Positions 20,683-30,143 of a stretch of 64,000 nucleotides of DNA are shown here, piece after piece. The notes beneath the pieces are model-generated. The model was given only the letters and a program-made list of their open reading frames with translations. It ran no database searches and was not told the DNA's origin. Position 1 is the stretch's first letter, and each line of letters starts with the position of its first letter. The stretch comes from Sulfuricurvum sp. (GTDB taxonomy: Bacteria > Campylobacterota > Campylobacteria > Campylobacterales > Sulfurimonadaceae): positions 8,042 through 72,041 of the forward strand of contig JAVHOQ010000095.1 of NCBI GenBank assembly GCA_036170115.1. Reading direction: 5' to 3'. The translations under genes and the position numbers were made by a program.

Positions 20683-22130
20683 TGGAAGCCTCTTTGTATA
20701 ATTTGGCGTTTGAGCGGGCGATTCTTAGCTCCATTATTTTTGATCCTGCCCAATTTGATGACTTTGAATCCCGACTTAATCCTGAAGATTTTTACCTTGC
20801 CGCCCATCAAGAGGTGTTTAAGGCGATGCTTTCGTTAGCCCATCGTGATCTCCCCATCGATGAAGAGTTTCTCCAAAAAGAGCTGAGTGGGAAGAAAAAA
20901 CTTGATGAGCGGGTATTGGTTGATATTCTTACCGCCAATCCCATTGCTAATACCACCGCCTACATTGAAGAGATTAAAGACAAAGCGATTAAACGTCACC
21001 TTCTTACCCTCACCACCGAAATCAAGCGGGTGACGTTAGAGGAGAATCTCAATGGGCATGATGTGGTCGATTTGGTCGAACAAAAACTCTATGAAATTAC
21101 CCAAGATGCCCAATCGGTCGATTTTAAAGATGCACCCGAAATTGCCGATAAGACCATGGCGTATATCGAAGAGATGAAAGCGCGGGGTGATGCGATTTTG
21201 GTCGGAGTCGATACGGGGTATGCAGAACTCAACAAAATGACGACAGGATTTGGTAAAGGGGATCTGGTCATTATCGCTGCCCGTCCTGCAATGGGGAAAA
21301 CCTCTTTTGCCCTTAACATGGTGCAAAATCTCATTGATAAAGGTAAAGGGGTCGCGTTTTTTTCTCTGGAAATGCCATCAGAACAGTTAATGTTGCGATT
21401 GCTGAGTGTCCAAACCTCCATCCAATTGCAACGCCTTCGGGTGGGAGACATGAACCCCCAAGAGTACCAACAGCTTAACGATGCGGTGGATAAAATGCGC
21501 CATGCTAAGCTCTTTGTCGATGATCATGGGTCGATTAATATCCATCAGCTCCGCTCCAAATTGCGTAAACTCAAAAGCCGTCACCCTGAAATCGAACTGG
21601 CGGTGATCGATTACCTCCAAATCATGAACGGTACGGGGGGAAAAGATCGCCACCTTGAGGTGAGTGAAATTTCACGTGGGCTTAAAATGCTTGCCCGTGA
21701 ACTTGAAATCCCCATCGTCGCCCTCTCACAACTTAATCGGGGACTTGAATCGCGTTCTGATAAGCGTCCGATGCTCAGTGATATTCGCGAATCGGGATCG
21801 ATTGAGCAAGATGCCGATATTATTTTATTCGTCTACCGTAATGATGTTTATCTGTACAAAGAGGAAAAAGAGCGGGAAAAAGAGGCGATAGCAGCAGGCA
21901 AAGAGTTCATCTCCAAATACGTGGAAAAAGAGGATGAAGAGGCAGAAATCATCATTGGAAAACAGCGTAATGGTCCCACGGGTCATGTAAAACTTCTGTT
22001 CCAAAAAAAGTTCACCCGTTTTATCGATAAACCCGCGTTTGGGGGGATGCAAATTGTGTATGAAAATGTCGATATGAAATCCGCGTCGATGAATATTGAT
22101 ACCCCTACGGTCTCAATGCCGATTATTTAA
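20682..22130 (+). CDS. dnaB: Replicative DNA helicase (ATG 20682, overlapping the ispG stop)
   Basis: AARPAMGKTSF, FSLEMP, IDYLQIM, LSQLNR, DIRESGSIEQDAD, KQRNGPTG; no intein seen. Confidence 0.97.
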   Translation: MEASLYNLAFERAILSSIIFDPAQFDDFESRLNPEDFYLAAHQEVFKAMLSLAHRDLPIDEEFLQKELSGKKKLDERVLVDILTANPIANTTAYIEEIKDKAIKRHLLTLTTEIKRVTLEENLNGHDVVDLVEQKLYEITQDAQSVDFKDAPEIADKTMAYIEEMKARGDAILVGVDTGYAELNKMTTGFGKGDLVIIAARPAMGKTSFALNMVQNLIDKGKGVAFFSLEMPSEQLMLRLLSVQTSIQLQRLRVGDMNPQEYQQLNDAVDKMRHAKLFVDDHGSINIHQLRSKLRKLKSRHPEIELAVIDYLQIMNGTGGKDRHLEVSEISRGLKMLARELEIPIVALSQLNRGLESRSDKRPMLSDIRESGSIEQDADIILFVYRNDVYLYKEEKEREKEAIAAGKEFISKYVEKEDEEAEIIIGKQRNGPTGHVKLLFQKKFTRFIDKPAFGGMQIVYENVDMKSASMNIDTPTVSMPII

Positions 22131-22151
22131 GAGAAGTGATTTAAGGGATTT

Positions 22152-22216
22152 TGTCACCCCGAAGGTGATTCGGGGTCTAGGGAGAGAGAAGATACTGAAT
22201 CGTATTCAGTATGACA
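22152..22216. repeat. Inverted pair of TGTC/CGTC-type palindromic repeats between convergent dnaB and glnK
   Basis: TGTCA-CCCCGAA-ggtga-TTCGGGG-TCTA and AGA-TACTGAAT-cgt-ATTCAGTA-TGACA. Confidence 0.8.
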
Positions 22217-22227
22217 AAGCGAGGCGA

Positions 22228-22569
<342 letters not shown>

Positions 22570-22579
22570 CTATTCCTTC

Positions 22580-23902
22580 TTATAAATTAAATCCACGTTC
22601 ACCGTGTACTGATTCGTCAAGACCCATGCTCTCTTCTTCTTCATTCACACGTGATCCGCCCGTTAAAGCCATAGCGATATAATACACTACAACCGTACCA
22701 ATCAAGGTAAATGCACCAACAATTGCAACTGATTGGAATTGAACAACGACTTGTCCCATACGATCGCCTGCATCTTTAAGAGGACCTGCCCAAAGAAGTG
22801 CTTTATCACTCACCGCGAAGATACCCGTTGCAATCGCACCCCAAAGACCTGCAAGGAAGTGAACCCCAAACGCATCCAAAGAGTCATCGTAACCCAATTT
22901 TTTCTTCATTACCATTACACCAAAGAACGCGATCATCGCACCCATGATACCGATGATAAAGGCACCCTCAACCAAAACAAACCCAGCAGCAGGGGTAATA
23001 GCAACCAATCCTGCAATCGCACCGGAAGCAGCACCCAACAAGGTCGCTTTTTTGAAGACCATATACTCTAAGGCAATCCACGTAATCGTCGCAACCGCTG
23101 CAGCAATCGTAGTCGATAACATCGCAACACCCGCAATTGCATTAGCACCAAACGCGGAACCCGCATTAAAGCCATACCAACCAAACCAAAGCATACCTGC
23201 ACCTACGGCAGTCAACACAACACTTGCAGGTTTCATCGCTGTTTTTGGGTAACCCGCACGTTTACCGACCAATAGCGCAAGGATAAGACCCGCCAAACCG
23301 CCGTTCATATGAACAACTGTACCACCCGCAAAATCAAGCGCACCGAGGTTAAAGAGGTATCCACCACCCCATACCATATGGGCAATTGGAGCATAAACAA
23401 CGACCGTCCAAAGGGCAACGAAAACCATCCATGTCGAAAATTTCAAACGCTCAATCACTGAACCAGACGCGATGGCTACGGTAATAGCGGCAAACGTCCC
23501 TTGGAACACAACAAAGACGTATTTAGGATAGAGTTGTCCCAATTCAACACTGGTGAAATCATCCCATTTGATACCATTAAGCATTACATTGCCAAAACCA
23601 CCAATAATTTGGTTCATTGACCCATCCGCGGTTCCAAACGCAATGGAAAACCCTACGATAATCCAAACGATAAATCCAACCGCAAATGCACCAAAGACCA
23701 TCGCATACGTATTAAGGATATTTTTAGCACGGGTCATCCCGCCATAAAACAGTGCCAAACCAATCGGTGTCATCAACATAACAAGGGCTGTTGAGATCAA
23801 CATCCACGCCGTATCTCCTGAGTTAAGCACGGGTGCTGCAGCTGCGGCTGTACCATCTGCCAATGCCAACAGTGGCAAAAGCAATAACATGAATTTCTTC
23901 AT
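22580..23902 (-). CDS. amtB: Ammonium transporter AmtB (ATG 23902 after AAGGAG)
   Basis: FQGTFA, DFAGGTVVH, LWFGWYGFNAGS, DDSLDAFGVH (both conserved His). Confidence 0.95.
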   Translation of the reverse strand: MKKFMLLLLPLLALADGTAAAAAPVLNSGDTAWMLISTALVMLMTPIGLALFYGGMTRAKNILNTYAMVFGAFAVGFIVWIIVGFSIAFGTADGSMNQIIGGFGNVMLNGIKWDDFTSVELGQLYPKYVFVVFQGTFAAITVAIASGSVIERLKFSTWMVFVALWTVVVYAPIAHMVWGGGYLFNLGALDFAGGTVVHMNGGLAGLILALLVGKRAGYPKTAMKPASVVLTAVGAGMLWFGWYGFNAGSAFGANAIAGVAMLSTTIAAAVATITWIALEYMVFKKATLLGAASGAIAGLVAITPAAGFVLVEGAFIIGIMGAMIAFFGVMVMKKKLGYDDSLDAFGVHFLAGLWGAIATGIFAVSDKALLWAGPLKDAGDRMGQVVVQFQSVAIVGAFTLIGTVVVYYIAMALTGGSRVNEEEESMGLDESVHGERGFNL

Positions 23903-23975
23903 CGTCGTTTCTCCTTTTTTTTGTCTAACTTCAAACACAATTCTACAAAAATAATAAAGATTAATAATCATATCT

Positions 23976-23994
23976 ATGCCTAAATTTTAATCAC
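23976..23994 (-). promoter_or_regulatory. Putative nitrogen-regulon box upstream of amtB-glnK
   Basis: GTGATTAAAATTTAGGCAT (minus strand), 30 nt upstream of TAGAAT (23940-23945). Confidence 0.7.
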
Positions 23995-24067
23995 AATGGT
24001 GCTTCATTGATTATAGTCATTTATGACCGTACTATGCGTTAAGGTGTCCCAGTCAATTGTGTGTTAT

Positions 24068-24985
24068 TTACGAAAACCACCCAAAGAGGGTGGGGATCAT
24101 GCACGCTACCGCAAAAAAAAGTACCGAAGTGACCAGTACCCCCACCGTGACATGACGCACCGAGCATCCATACAAAGAAGCAAGATTGACATTTGCCACC
24201 GCTAAGGGGACAAGAAATGCCAAAAAGACCATCTCTTTGATCACCAAAGGGAGGGTCATGGGGTATAACACCCCAAAAGCGATGAGGGGTACAAGTATAA
24301 ATTTGGCAAACGTTATCCACAGAGTCAAACGAAGCTTGAGATGGGTAATTTTGATTCCATACAGATAAATCCCCAACAACACCAGCTGAATGGTCATCGA
24401 GGCATACGCCCCCATCATGAGGGTCTTATCGACCGTAGCACTGGGGTGATAGCCGTTTAGATTCAACGCAATTGCCACAGAAGCTGCCCATAAAACAGGG
24501 AGTTTAAGAATATTCATCAGCGAATCGCGAACGCTAAATTCCCCTCGGGAATAGTAAAAAACCCCAAAGGTATAGACCACGAAGACATTGACCAAATTGA
24601 TCAACGTCAAATACGCCACACTCCCCTCACCAAACAACGTAATCCCCAAAGGGATACCCAAATTTCCCGTATTCCCAATGAGTGCGGCAACCGTAGCAAT
24701 CGAACGCTCTTTTATGTCATCGGCAAACAATCCTCGGGCAAGGGGGATCATGATAAGTAATGCGATAAGGGTAATGACACAATACAGCGCGGGGGCAAGG
24801 AGGAGTTGGGTATCGATGGGGCGTTTTAAGAGTCCCCAAAAGGTAAGAAAAATTTGGAGAAAATAGACACTCAATAGCACTAAGGTTTTGTCGTCTATTT
24901 TTTCTTTGAACGCCCACTTGGCACCAAATCCCACCCCAATAAAGAGGTAAATCCCCGCAAGGGAGAGAAAGGTTTCAAGGTTCAT
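24068..24985 (-). CDS. AEC (auxin efflux carrier) family transporter
   Basis: About 10 hydrophobic segments, GNTGNLGIPL motif, KFILVP. Confidence 0.85.
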   Translation of the reverse strand: MNLETFLSLAGIYLFIGVGFGAKWAFKEKIDDKTLVLLSVYFLQIFLTFWGLLKRPIDTQLLLAPALYCVITLIALLIMIPLARGLFADDIKERSIATVAALIGNTGNLGIPLGITLFGEGSVAYLTLINLVNVFVVYTFGVFYYSRGEFSVRDSLMNILKLPVLWAASVAIALNLNGYHPSATVDKTLMMGAYASMTIQLVLLGIYLYGIKITHLKLRLTLWITFAKFILVPLIAFGVLYPMTLPLVIKEMVFLAFLVPLAVANVNLASLYGCSVRHVTVGVLVTSVLFFAVACMIPTLFGWFS

Positions 24986-24991
24986 GTGAGG

Positions 24992-26170
24992 TTAAATGGC
25001 ACGTTTGAATTCTGGGTAGGCTTCCAATCCGCATTCGCTCACATCCAGCCCTTGCATCTGATCTTCATCACTGGCACGGAAAGGGAAAACTTTATTGATC
25101 AGATAAATAATGACATAGGAGATCGTAAATACAAAGACCGCGATTTCCGCTACCCCTTTGAGCTGATTCATAAAAGTGACATTATGTGCAGGATCACTCG
25201 CAAAAATACCTACTGCTAACGTCCCCCAAATACCATTAATAAGATGCACTGACAATGCCCCAACCGGATCATCAATACGCACTTTATCAAACAAAGGAAC
25301 CGCAAAAACGACCAATGCCCCGCCAATAAGACCGACCATAATGGAATCGTACAGTGTAAACAAATGTGCCCCTGCGGTAATGGCGACCAATCCCCCTAAT
25401 GCCCCATTGAGAATCATCGTAATATCAAACAGTTTATACCGAATATAGATGATAATCCCTGCGATAATTGCCCCTGATAACCCTGCGACGTTGGTATTAA
25501 AGATGGTCAAGGCAACGCTATCAGCAGCCTCTTTGGTCGCGATGCTTCCGACCGATCCGCCATTGAATCCAAACCATCCAATCCACAATAACATGGCACC
25601 CAGTACTACCAATGGGATATTTGAGGCGGGAATAACCCGAATGTGATTCCCTGCATAACGCCCTTTTCGGGATCCAATAATCAAAATAGCGGCCAGCAAG
25701 GCCCATCCTCCTGTGGAGTGGATCACCGTCGAGCCTGCTAAATCGACCATATTAATATCCAATAGGGTATCTTTGAGCCAATCACTTCCCCACGTAATAT
25801 TGACCGCTGTAGGATAGATAAAGCTCCCCATGACAATGGTAAAAAGGCTCAAGGGGAGAAGACGCGCCCGTTCACCAACCCCTCCACTCATAATGTTGAT
25901 CGCTTTGCCCACAAATGCCATTTGGAACATAAAAAATGCCCATTTACTCATGGTCTCATTGTGCAACTCCCCAAACGCAAGGGTATACCCAATAAGAATG
26001 AATGCCATAGAGGCGACCGCATAAATCATTACATTGACCGTTAAAACACTCGAAACATTCTTGGTGCGTACCAAGCCCGCTTCCAACATAGCAAACCCTG
26101 GTACCATAAGAATAATTAACGTAATGGCAAAGAGGGTAAACAGGGTATTAATCACATAAGCCGTATCCAT
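24992..26170 (-). CDS. amt: Second ammonium transporter (Amt1-type)
   Basis: PGFAMLEAGLVRTKN, DLAGSTVIH, LWIGWFGFNGGS, DDPVGALSVH. Confidence 0.93.
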   Translation of the reverse strand: MDTAYVINTLFTLFAITLIILMVPGFAMLEAGLVRTKNVSSVLTVNVMIYAVASMAFILIGYTLAFGELHNETMSKWAFFMFQMAFVGKAINIMSGGVGERARLLPLSLFTIVMGSFIYPTAVNITWGSDWLKDTLLDINMVDLAGSTVIHSTGGWALLAAILIIGSRKGRYAGNHIRVIPASNIPLVVLGAMLLWIGWFGFNGGSVGSIATKEAADSVALTIFNTNVAGLSGAIIAGIIIYIRYKLFDITMILNGALGGLVAITAGAHLFTLYDSIMVGLIGGALVVFAVPLFDKVRIDDPVGALSVHLINGIWGTLAVGIFASDPAHNVTFMNQLKGVAEIAVFVFTISYVIIYLINKVFPFRASDEDQMQGLDVSECGLEAYPEFKRAI

Positions 26171-26240
26171 AACACTACACCTTTGATGGGGGATAAAGGT
26201 GTCTATTATAATAGCAATTTTGTGAAATGAAGCGGAAAGC

Positions 26241-26259
26241 GTGATTAAATTTTAATCAC
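26241..26259 (-). promoter_or_regulatory. Putative nitrogen-regulon box upstream of amt2 (perfect palindrome)
   Basis: GTGATTAAA-W-TTTAATCAC, 30 nt upstream of TATAAT (26205-26210, minus strand). Confidence 0.75.
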
Positions 26260-26286
26260 TAAGCGTTATTTTTTGCACTCTCTTAT

Positions 26287-26610
26287 TTAATGTTTGAACA
26301 AAAACCCAAATTTAAGCAGCAATTCTTTGACTTTGGGGGAAATATCCCCTTGAAATTCCATCCACCCCTCTTTGTAGGTTCCGCCGCACGCCAAGGATTT
26401 TTTTAAAGAGGAGAGGGTTTTTTGGGCATCTTCTTCGCTGAGGCTAAATGAACCTACTAACGTAACGATCTTCCCTCGTCGTTTTTCTTTTTTGAGGGTT
26501 AAGCAGTGGGCGGAAGGATCCAATAGGGTAGGGGAGAGGGCGGTTTTGTCGGTTTGGAGTGTCCATCCCTCCCCCCATGATGCGCCAAAATCGAGGGTCA
26601 TTTTAGCCAC
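26287..26610 (-). CDS. SUI1/YciH family translation factor
   Basis: KEKRRGKIVTLV, LKKSLACGGT.KEG.MEFQGD. Confidence 0.88.
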   Translation of the reverse strand: MAKMTLDFGASWGEGWTLQTDKTALSPTLLDPSAHCLTLKKEKRRGKIVTLVGSFSLSEEDAQKTLSSLKKSLACGGTYKEGWMEFQGDISPKVKELLLKFGFLFKH

Positions 26611-27436
26611 GAACGACCTTTTGGCGTAAGTAACTCATCCCGTCGGTGGTGAAATTACCCTCTTGTGCCATTGTGACCATAGCATCGGGTGCATAGAGGG
26701 TACCATCGTAGACAACGACGATAATCTCATCCCCTTCGTGGACAAAGTGCGTTTCCCCAAAGGGGGTATAGCGGGTTGCCCCGATGCTAATAATTACATT
26801 TTGAGGGGAGTGAGCATCACGGATATACGCTCCTATGGCTTCAAGAGGGCCTTGGTCGATTTGGGTATTTATTTGATTTTTGATCCACGCTAGTAATTGA
26901 GTATAAAAATAGCTGTAGCCCAAAAGTTCTACATCCTCACCATACGCAACCACTTCCCCCTCACGTCGCACAAACGAGGCGATACGGTAAGTGTCCATGA
27001 TGCCACCGTTTTCAAAACGATCGATAGGGATGAGACTTTGGCTAATCCCTTTGGAAGAAGCACCCCAATTTTTTTTATGACTGATCTTCGCTGCCCCCTC
27101 TTTACGGAGGGAACAGTCATTATAGGCACCAAAAAAGGTGGGTTGGATATGGGTTACTTTCCCCTCTTCATCATACGTAAGGGTACATACAAGGGCAACT
27201 TCAGGCTCAGGCTGAACATTGCACGATTCAAGGGGGAGGATAATGGTCGTATGACTGAGGGGATAAACACCCAATTTCCCCGCGCGTTGGGGGATATAAA
27301 AAGGGAACATCCCCTTAGGGCCATTGGGGTCTTGGGTAATTACGTCTTTGAAATCGGCACTTTCACCTGCTTGCTCAAGATGGAGGGCAAAATTACCCGC
27401 GATCCCAAGACCTATATACGATGTGTAATCATTCAT
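26603..27436 (-). CDS. Hypothetical protein, DUF5718-like
   Basis: GLGIAGNFALHLEQAGE, QPEPEVAL, AYNDCSLR, KISHKKNWG. Confidence 0.65.
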   Translation of the reverse strand: MNDYTSYIGLGIAGNFALHLEQAGESADFKDVITQDPNGPKGMFPFYIPQRAGKLGVYPLSHTTIILPLESCNVQPEPEVALVCTLTYDEEGKVTHIQPTFFGAYNDCSLRKEGAAKISHKKNWGASSKGISQSLIPIDRFENGGIMDTYRIASFVRREGEVVAYGEDVELLGYSYFYTQLLAWIKNQINTQIDQGPLEAIGAYIRDAHSPQNVIISIGATRYTPFGETHFVHEGDEIIVVVYDGTLYAPDAMVTMAQEGNFTTDGMSYLRQKVVRG

Positions 27437-27467
27437 GTTGTGTCCCTTTCTCGTCGTTCCCTTATTC

Positions 27468-27557
27468 CGTTATCCTGAATGTAATTCAGGATCTTGAGAT
27501 TGCGGATCAAGTCCGCAATGACAAAAATTCGTCATTCCCGCGCAGGCGGGAATCCAG
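27468..27557. repeat. Cluster of three CGTC-type REP palindromes
   Basis: CGTTATCCTGAATGTAATTCAGGATCT; AGATTGCGGATCAAGTCCGCAATGACA; CGTCATTCCCGCGCAGGCGGGAATCCAG. Confidence 0.88.
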
Positions 27558-27588
27558 TGTTAGTAAAGAATGGAGGTGATTTTTTGAC

Positions 27589-29193
27589 TTATAATGTACC
27601 GCTCGCTTTTGCCTCGGCAAACTCTTCATACGTTCCTGTAAAGTCGGTGTAGCTTCCATCAGCGTGTAATTCGATGACACGACTGGCAAACGCATCAAGT
27701 AGCTCACGGTCATGACTCACGCAAATAACATTGCCCTCAAAATTGTACAAGGCTTCACTCAGTGCCACAATCGCTTCAAGGTCAAGGTGATTGGTTGGTT
27801 CATCGAGAACGAGGAAATTCCCCCCCTCCAACATCATCTTGGAAAGCATCATCCGGTGTTTTTCTCCTCCGCTGATTTTTTCAACACTTTTTTCTTGTTG
27901 TTCTCCATTAAAAAGCATTCGTCCCAAACAGTTCCGAATCTCTGAAATTTCCCGTTTAGGATCATAGCCTCGTAACCAATCGTAGAGGGTTCCTGTCCCT
28001 TTGATTTTGTCAGCGGTATCTTGAGGGAAATAACTGGATTCGATGGTTGCACCCCATTTGACACTCCCCTCGGTGGGTTTAATCTCTTCCATAAGGATTT
28101 TGCAAAGGGTTGTTTTACCCACCCCATTGGCACCAATGACGGCAATTTTTTCGCCCGGTGCAATTTTAAGATTGATGTTATGCAACACATTCAAATCATC
28201 GTAACGGTGTGAGATATTCACCACTTCGAGAGCTTCATCCCCCATTTGGCGTTTGGCTTTAAAAACGATACTGGGGTCACGACGCGATGAGGGTTTAATG
28301 TCTTCAATGGTCAATTTATCCAATTGTTTTTGACGAGAAGTCGCTTGTTTTGCTTTGGACGCATTGGCAGAGAATCGGCGGACGAACGCTTCGAGTTGCT
28401 CTTTTTCTTTTACTTTTTTATCGCGATCCAGTTGCGCTTGGTTTGCCATAACGGTTGAAGCAAGGTACCAATCGTCATACGTCCCTGTGAATTCACGAAT
28501 TTTTTGGAAATCGACATCCAAAATATTGGTTACAACGGCGTTGATAAAGTGACGGTCATGGGAGATGATGACCAAGGTTCCCTCGTGACGTTGCAGTTCG
28601 CGCTCCAACCATCCGATTGTTTCGATATCAAGGTTATTGGTCGGCTCATCGAGGAACAGGACATCGGGTTTTGGGTACAACACTTGTGCCAATAACACTT
28701 TAAATTTTTCCGAAGAGGGGAGGCTTGACATCAAGTCATTATGATTTTCAGCACTGATTCCGACATTTTCTAAAATTTTAGCGATTTGAACGTCATACTC
28801 ATAAGTTGGATCTTCTTCGACTGAAATCATCTCCAACTCAGCCAAACGGTCGTTCACTTTGTCATCTTCAAAATCACCCGTAGCGTAGAGAATCTCTTTT
28901 TCTTTGATTGCATCAAAAAGGCGTTTATTTCCCCACAATACCGCATCGGCAATGGTGAAGTCTTCAAACGCAAACTGATTTTGTCCCAAAATTCCTACCT
29001 TGAGACCCGGTTCGATGGAGATGTCTCCCTCGTACTCTTTAATCTCTCCACTAAGGATTTTTAAAAAGGTGGTTTTTCCCGCACCATTGGCTCCGATGAG
29101 GCCGTAACGCTTATGACGGTCAAGTTTGAGATTGATCCCCTCAAATAAAATTCGACTTCCAAAACGCATTGTTAATTTTGTGACTTGTACCAT
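27589..29193 (-). CDS. ABC-F family ATPase (YbiT-like)
   Basis: Two NBDs (GANGAGKT, GANGVGKT), LDEPTNNL/LDEPTNHL, ISGGEK; no transmembrane segments. Confidence 0.92.
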   Translation of the reverse strand: MVQVTKLTMRFGSRILFEGINLKLDRHKRYGLIGANGAGKTTFLKILSGEIKEYEGDISIEPGLKVGILGQNQFAFEDFTIADAVLWGNKRLFDAIKEKEILYATGDFEDDKVNDRLAELEMISVEEDPTYEYDVQIAKILENVGISAENHNDLMSSLPSSEKFKVLLAQVLYPKPDVLFLDEPTNNLDIETIGWLERELQRHEGTLVIISHDRHFINAVVTNILDVDFQKIREFTGTYDDWYLASTVMANQAQLDRDKKVKEKEQLEAFVRRFSANASKAKQATSRQKQLDKLTIEDIKPSSRRDPSIVFKAKRQMGDEALEVVNISHRYDDLNVLHNINLKIAPGEKIAVIGANGVGKTTLCKILMEEIKPTEGSVKWGATIESSYFPQDTADKIKGTGTLYDWLRGYDPKREISEIRNCLGRMLFNGEQQEKSVEKISGGEKHRMMLSKMMLEGGNFLVLDEPTNHLDLEAIVALSEALYNFEGNVICVSHDRELLDAFASRVIELHADGSYTDFTGTYEEFAEAKASGTL

Positions 29194-29375
29194 GATAAAA
29201 AATTCTGCCTTATCTTATATAATGGCGCGATTATAGCCAAGCACAGATAAGAAGATGCTTTTAGATTCTCCCCCTCCTCTCGCCCCATTTTTTAACATTA
29301 GCCTAAGATTTTAGCAGATAAAATAACCTTAAGGATTATGCTGGTTATAGTTCGATTTTTCTCACGGAGCACAAT

Positions 29376-29657
29376 GTGACACAAATTTATGTCGGGAATA
29401 TTCCCTACGGAAAAAATGAAAATGATCTTAAAGATCTTTTCGGACAATACGGAGCGGTTAATTCAGTTAAGTTCGTTAACGATAAAGAGACAGGACGTTT
29501 CCGTGGTTTCGGTTTCGTTGAAATGGTAAACAAAGACGAAGCGGATAAAGCGATTACTGCACTAGAAAATAGTGATTTCGGTGGACGAACCCTTCGTGTT
29601 AACGAAGCGCGTGAACGTGCTCCACGACCTCCACGTGAGCGTAACAATAACTGGTAA
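29376..29657 (+). CDS. RRM-domain RNA-binding protein (GTG start)
   Basis: IYVGNI (RNP2), RGFGFVEM (RNP1), GRTLRVNEA. Confidence 0.95.
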   Translation: MTQIYVGNIPYGKNENDLKDLFGQYGAVNSVKFVNDKETGRFRGFGFVEMVNKDEADKAITALENSDFGGRTLRVNEARERAPRPPRERNNNW

Positions 29658-29748
29658 ATACCACTAACTACCCTTTACTTGGGGTGGTTTCCCTTCTTTA
29701 TACTTTACTACTTTTTTACCCATTTTATTTATTTAGGAAACAATTACC

Positions 29749-29952
29749 ATGACTTTTACCTTAACTGATGACCATATCGAACTTTTTAAATTATTAAAAG
29801 TATTAGATCTTGTAGACTCCGGCGGACAAGCAAAACTCTTGATTCAAGAGGGTCATGTGCAGCGTAATGGGGAAATCGAAACTCGAAAACGGGCTAAAAT
29901 ACGTGTCGGAGACACCATCCAAATCGCCGATGTGACCATTACGATCCTCTAA
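29749..29952 (+). CDS. S4-domain RNA-binding protein (YbcJ/YaaA-like)
   Basis: IELFKLLK, SGGQAK, VQRNGEIETRKRAKI. Confidence 0.9.
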   Translation: MTFTLTDDHIELFKLLKVLDLVDSGGQAKLLIQEGHVQRNGEIETRKRAKIRVGDTIQIADVTITIL

Positions 29953-30003
29953 CTCTTTAAAACGCCTCTTGATGTACGTCTAACACCCCTCTTCCTCTTT
30001 TTT

Positions 30004-30017
30004 TTGACTTAGGTCAA
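30004..30017 (+). promoter_or_regulatory. Crp/Fnr-family (Nss/DNR) box of the nap operon
   Basis: TTGACTTAGGTCAA, 22 nt upstream of TACAAT (30040-30045). Confidence 0.8.
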
Positions 30018-30143
30018 ATACTTTTTTTTTGAATTACTTTACAATGTTTGAAGTGCATGAGTTATTTCATAGCATACGGAAATCTTAAGGAGTCCGCCCG
30101 TTTAACGGAATGGATTAAACGTGATTTCATTAAGGAGGCTTCA

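Noticed and set aside
26287-29952. Cluster of translation-related genes (SUI1/YciH, ABC-F, RRM, S4) as one system
   Set aside because: Divergent orientations, separate promoters and intervening REPs; no shared motif seen.
30022-30030. T9 tract between the Nss box and the -10 of nap as a phase-variation switch
   Set aside because: T tracts are routine in epsilon promoters, and the spacing equals the consensus 22 nt.
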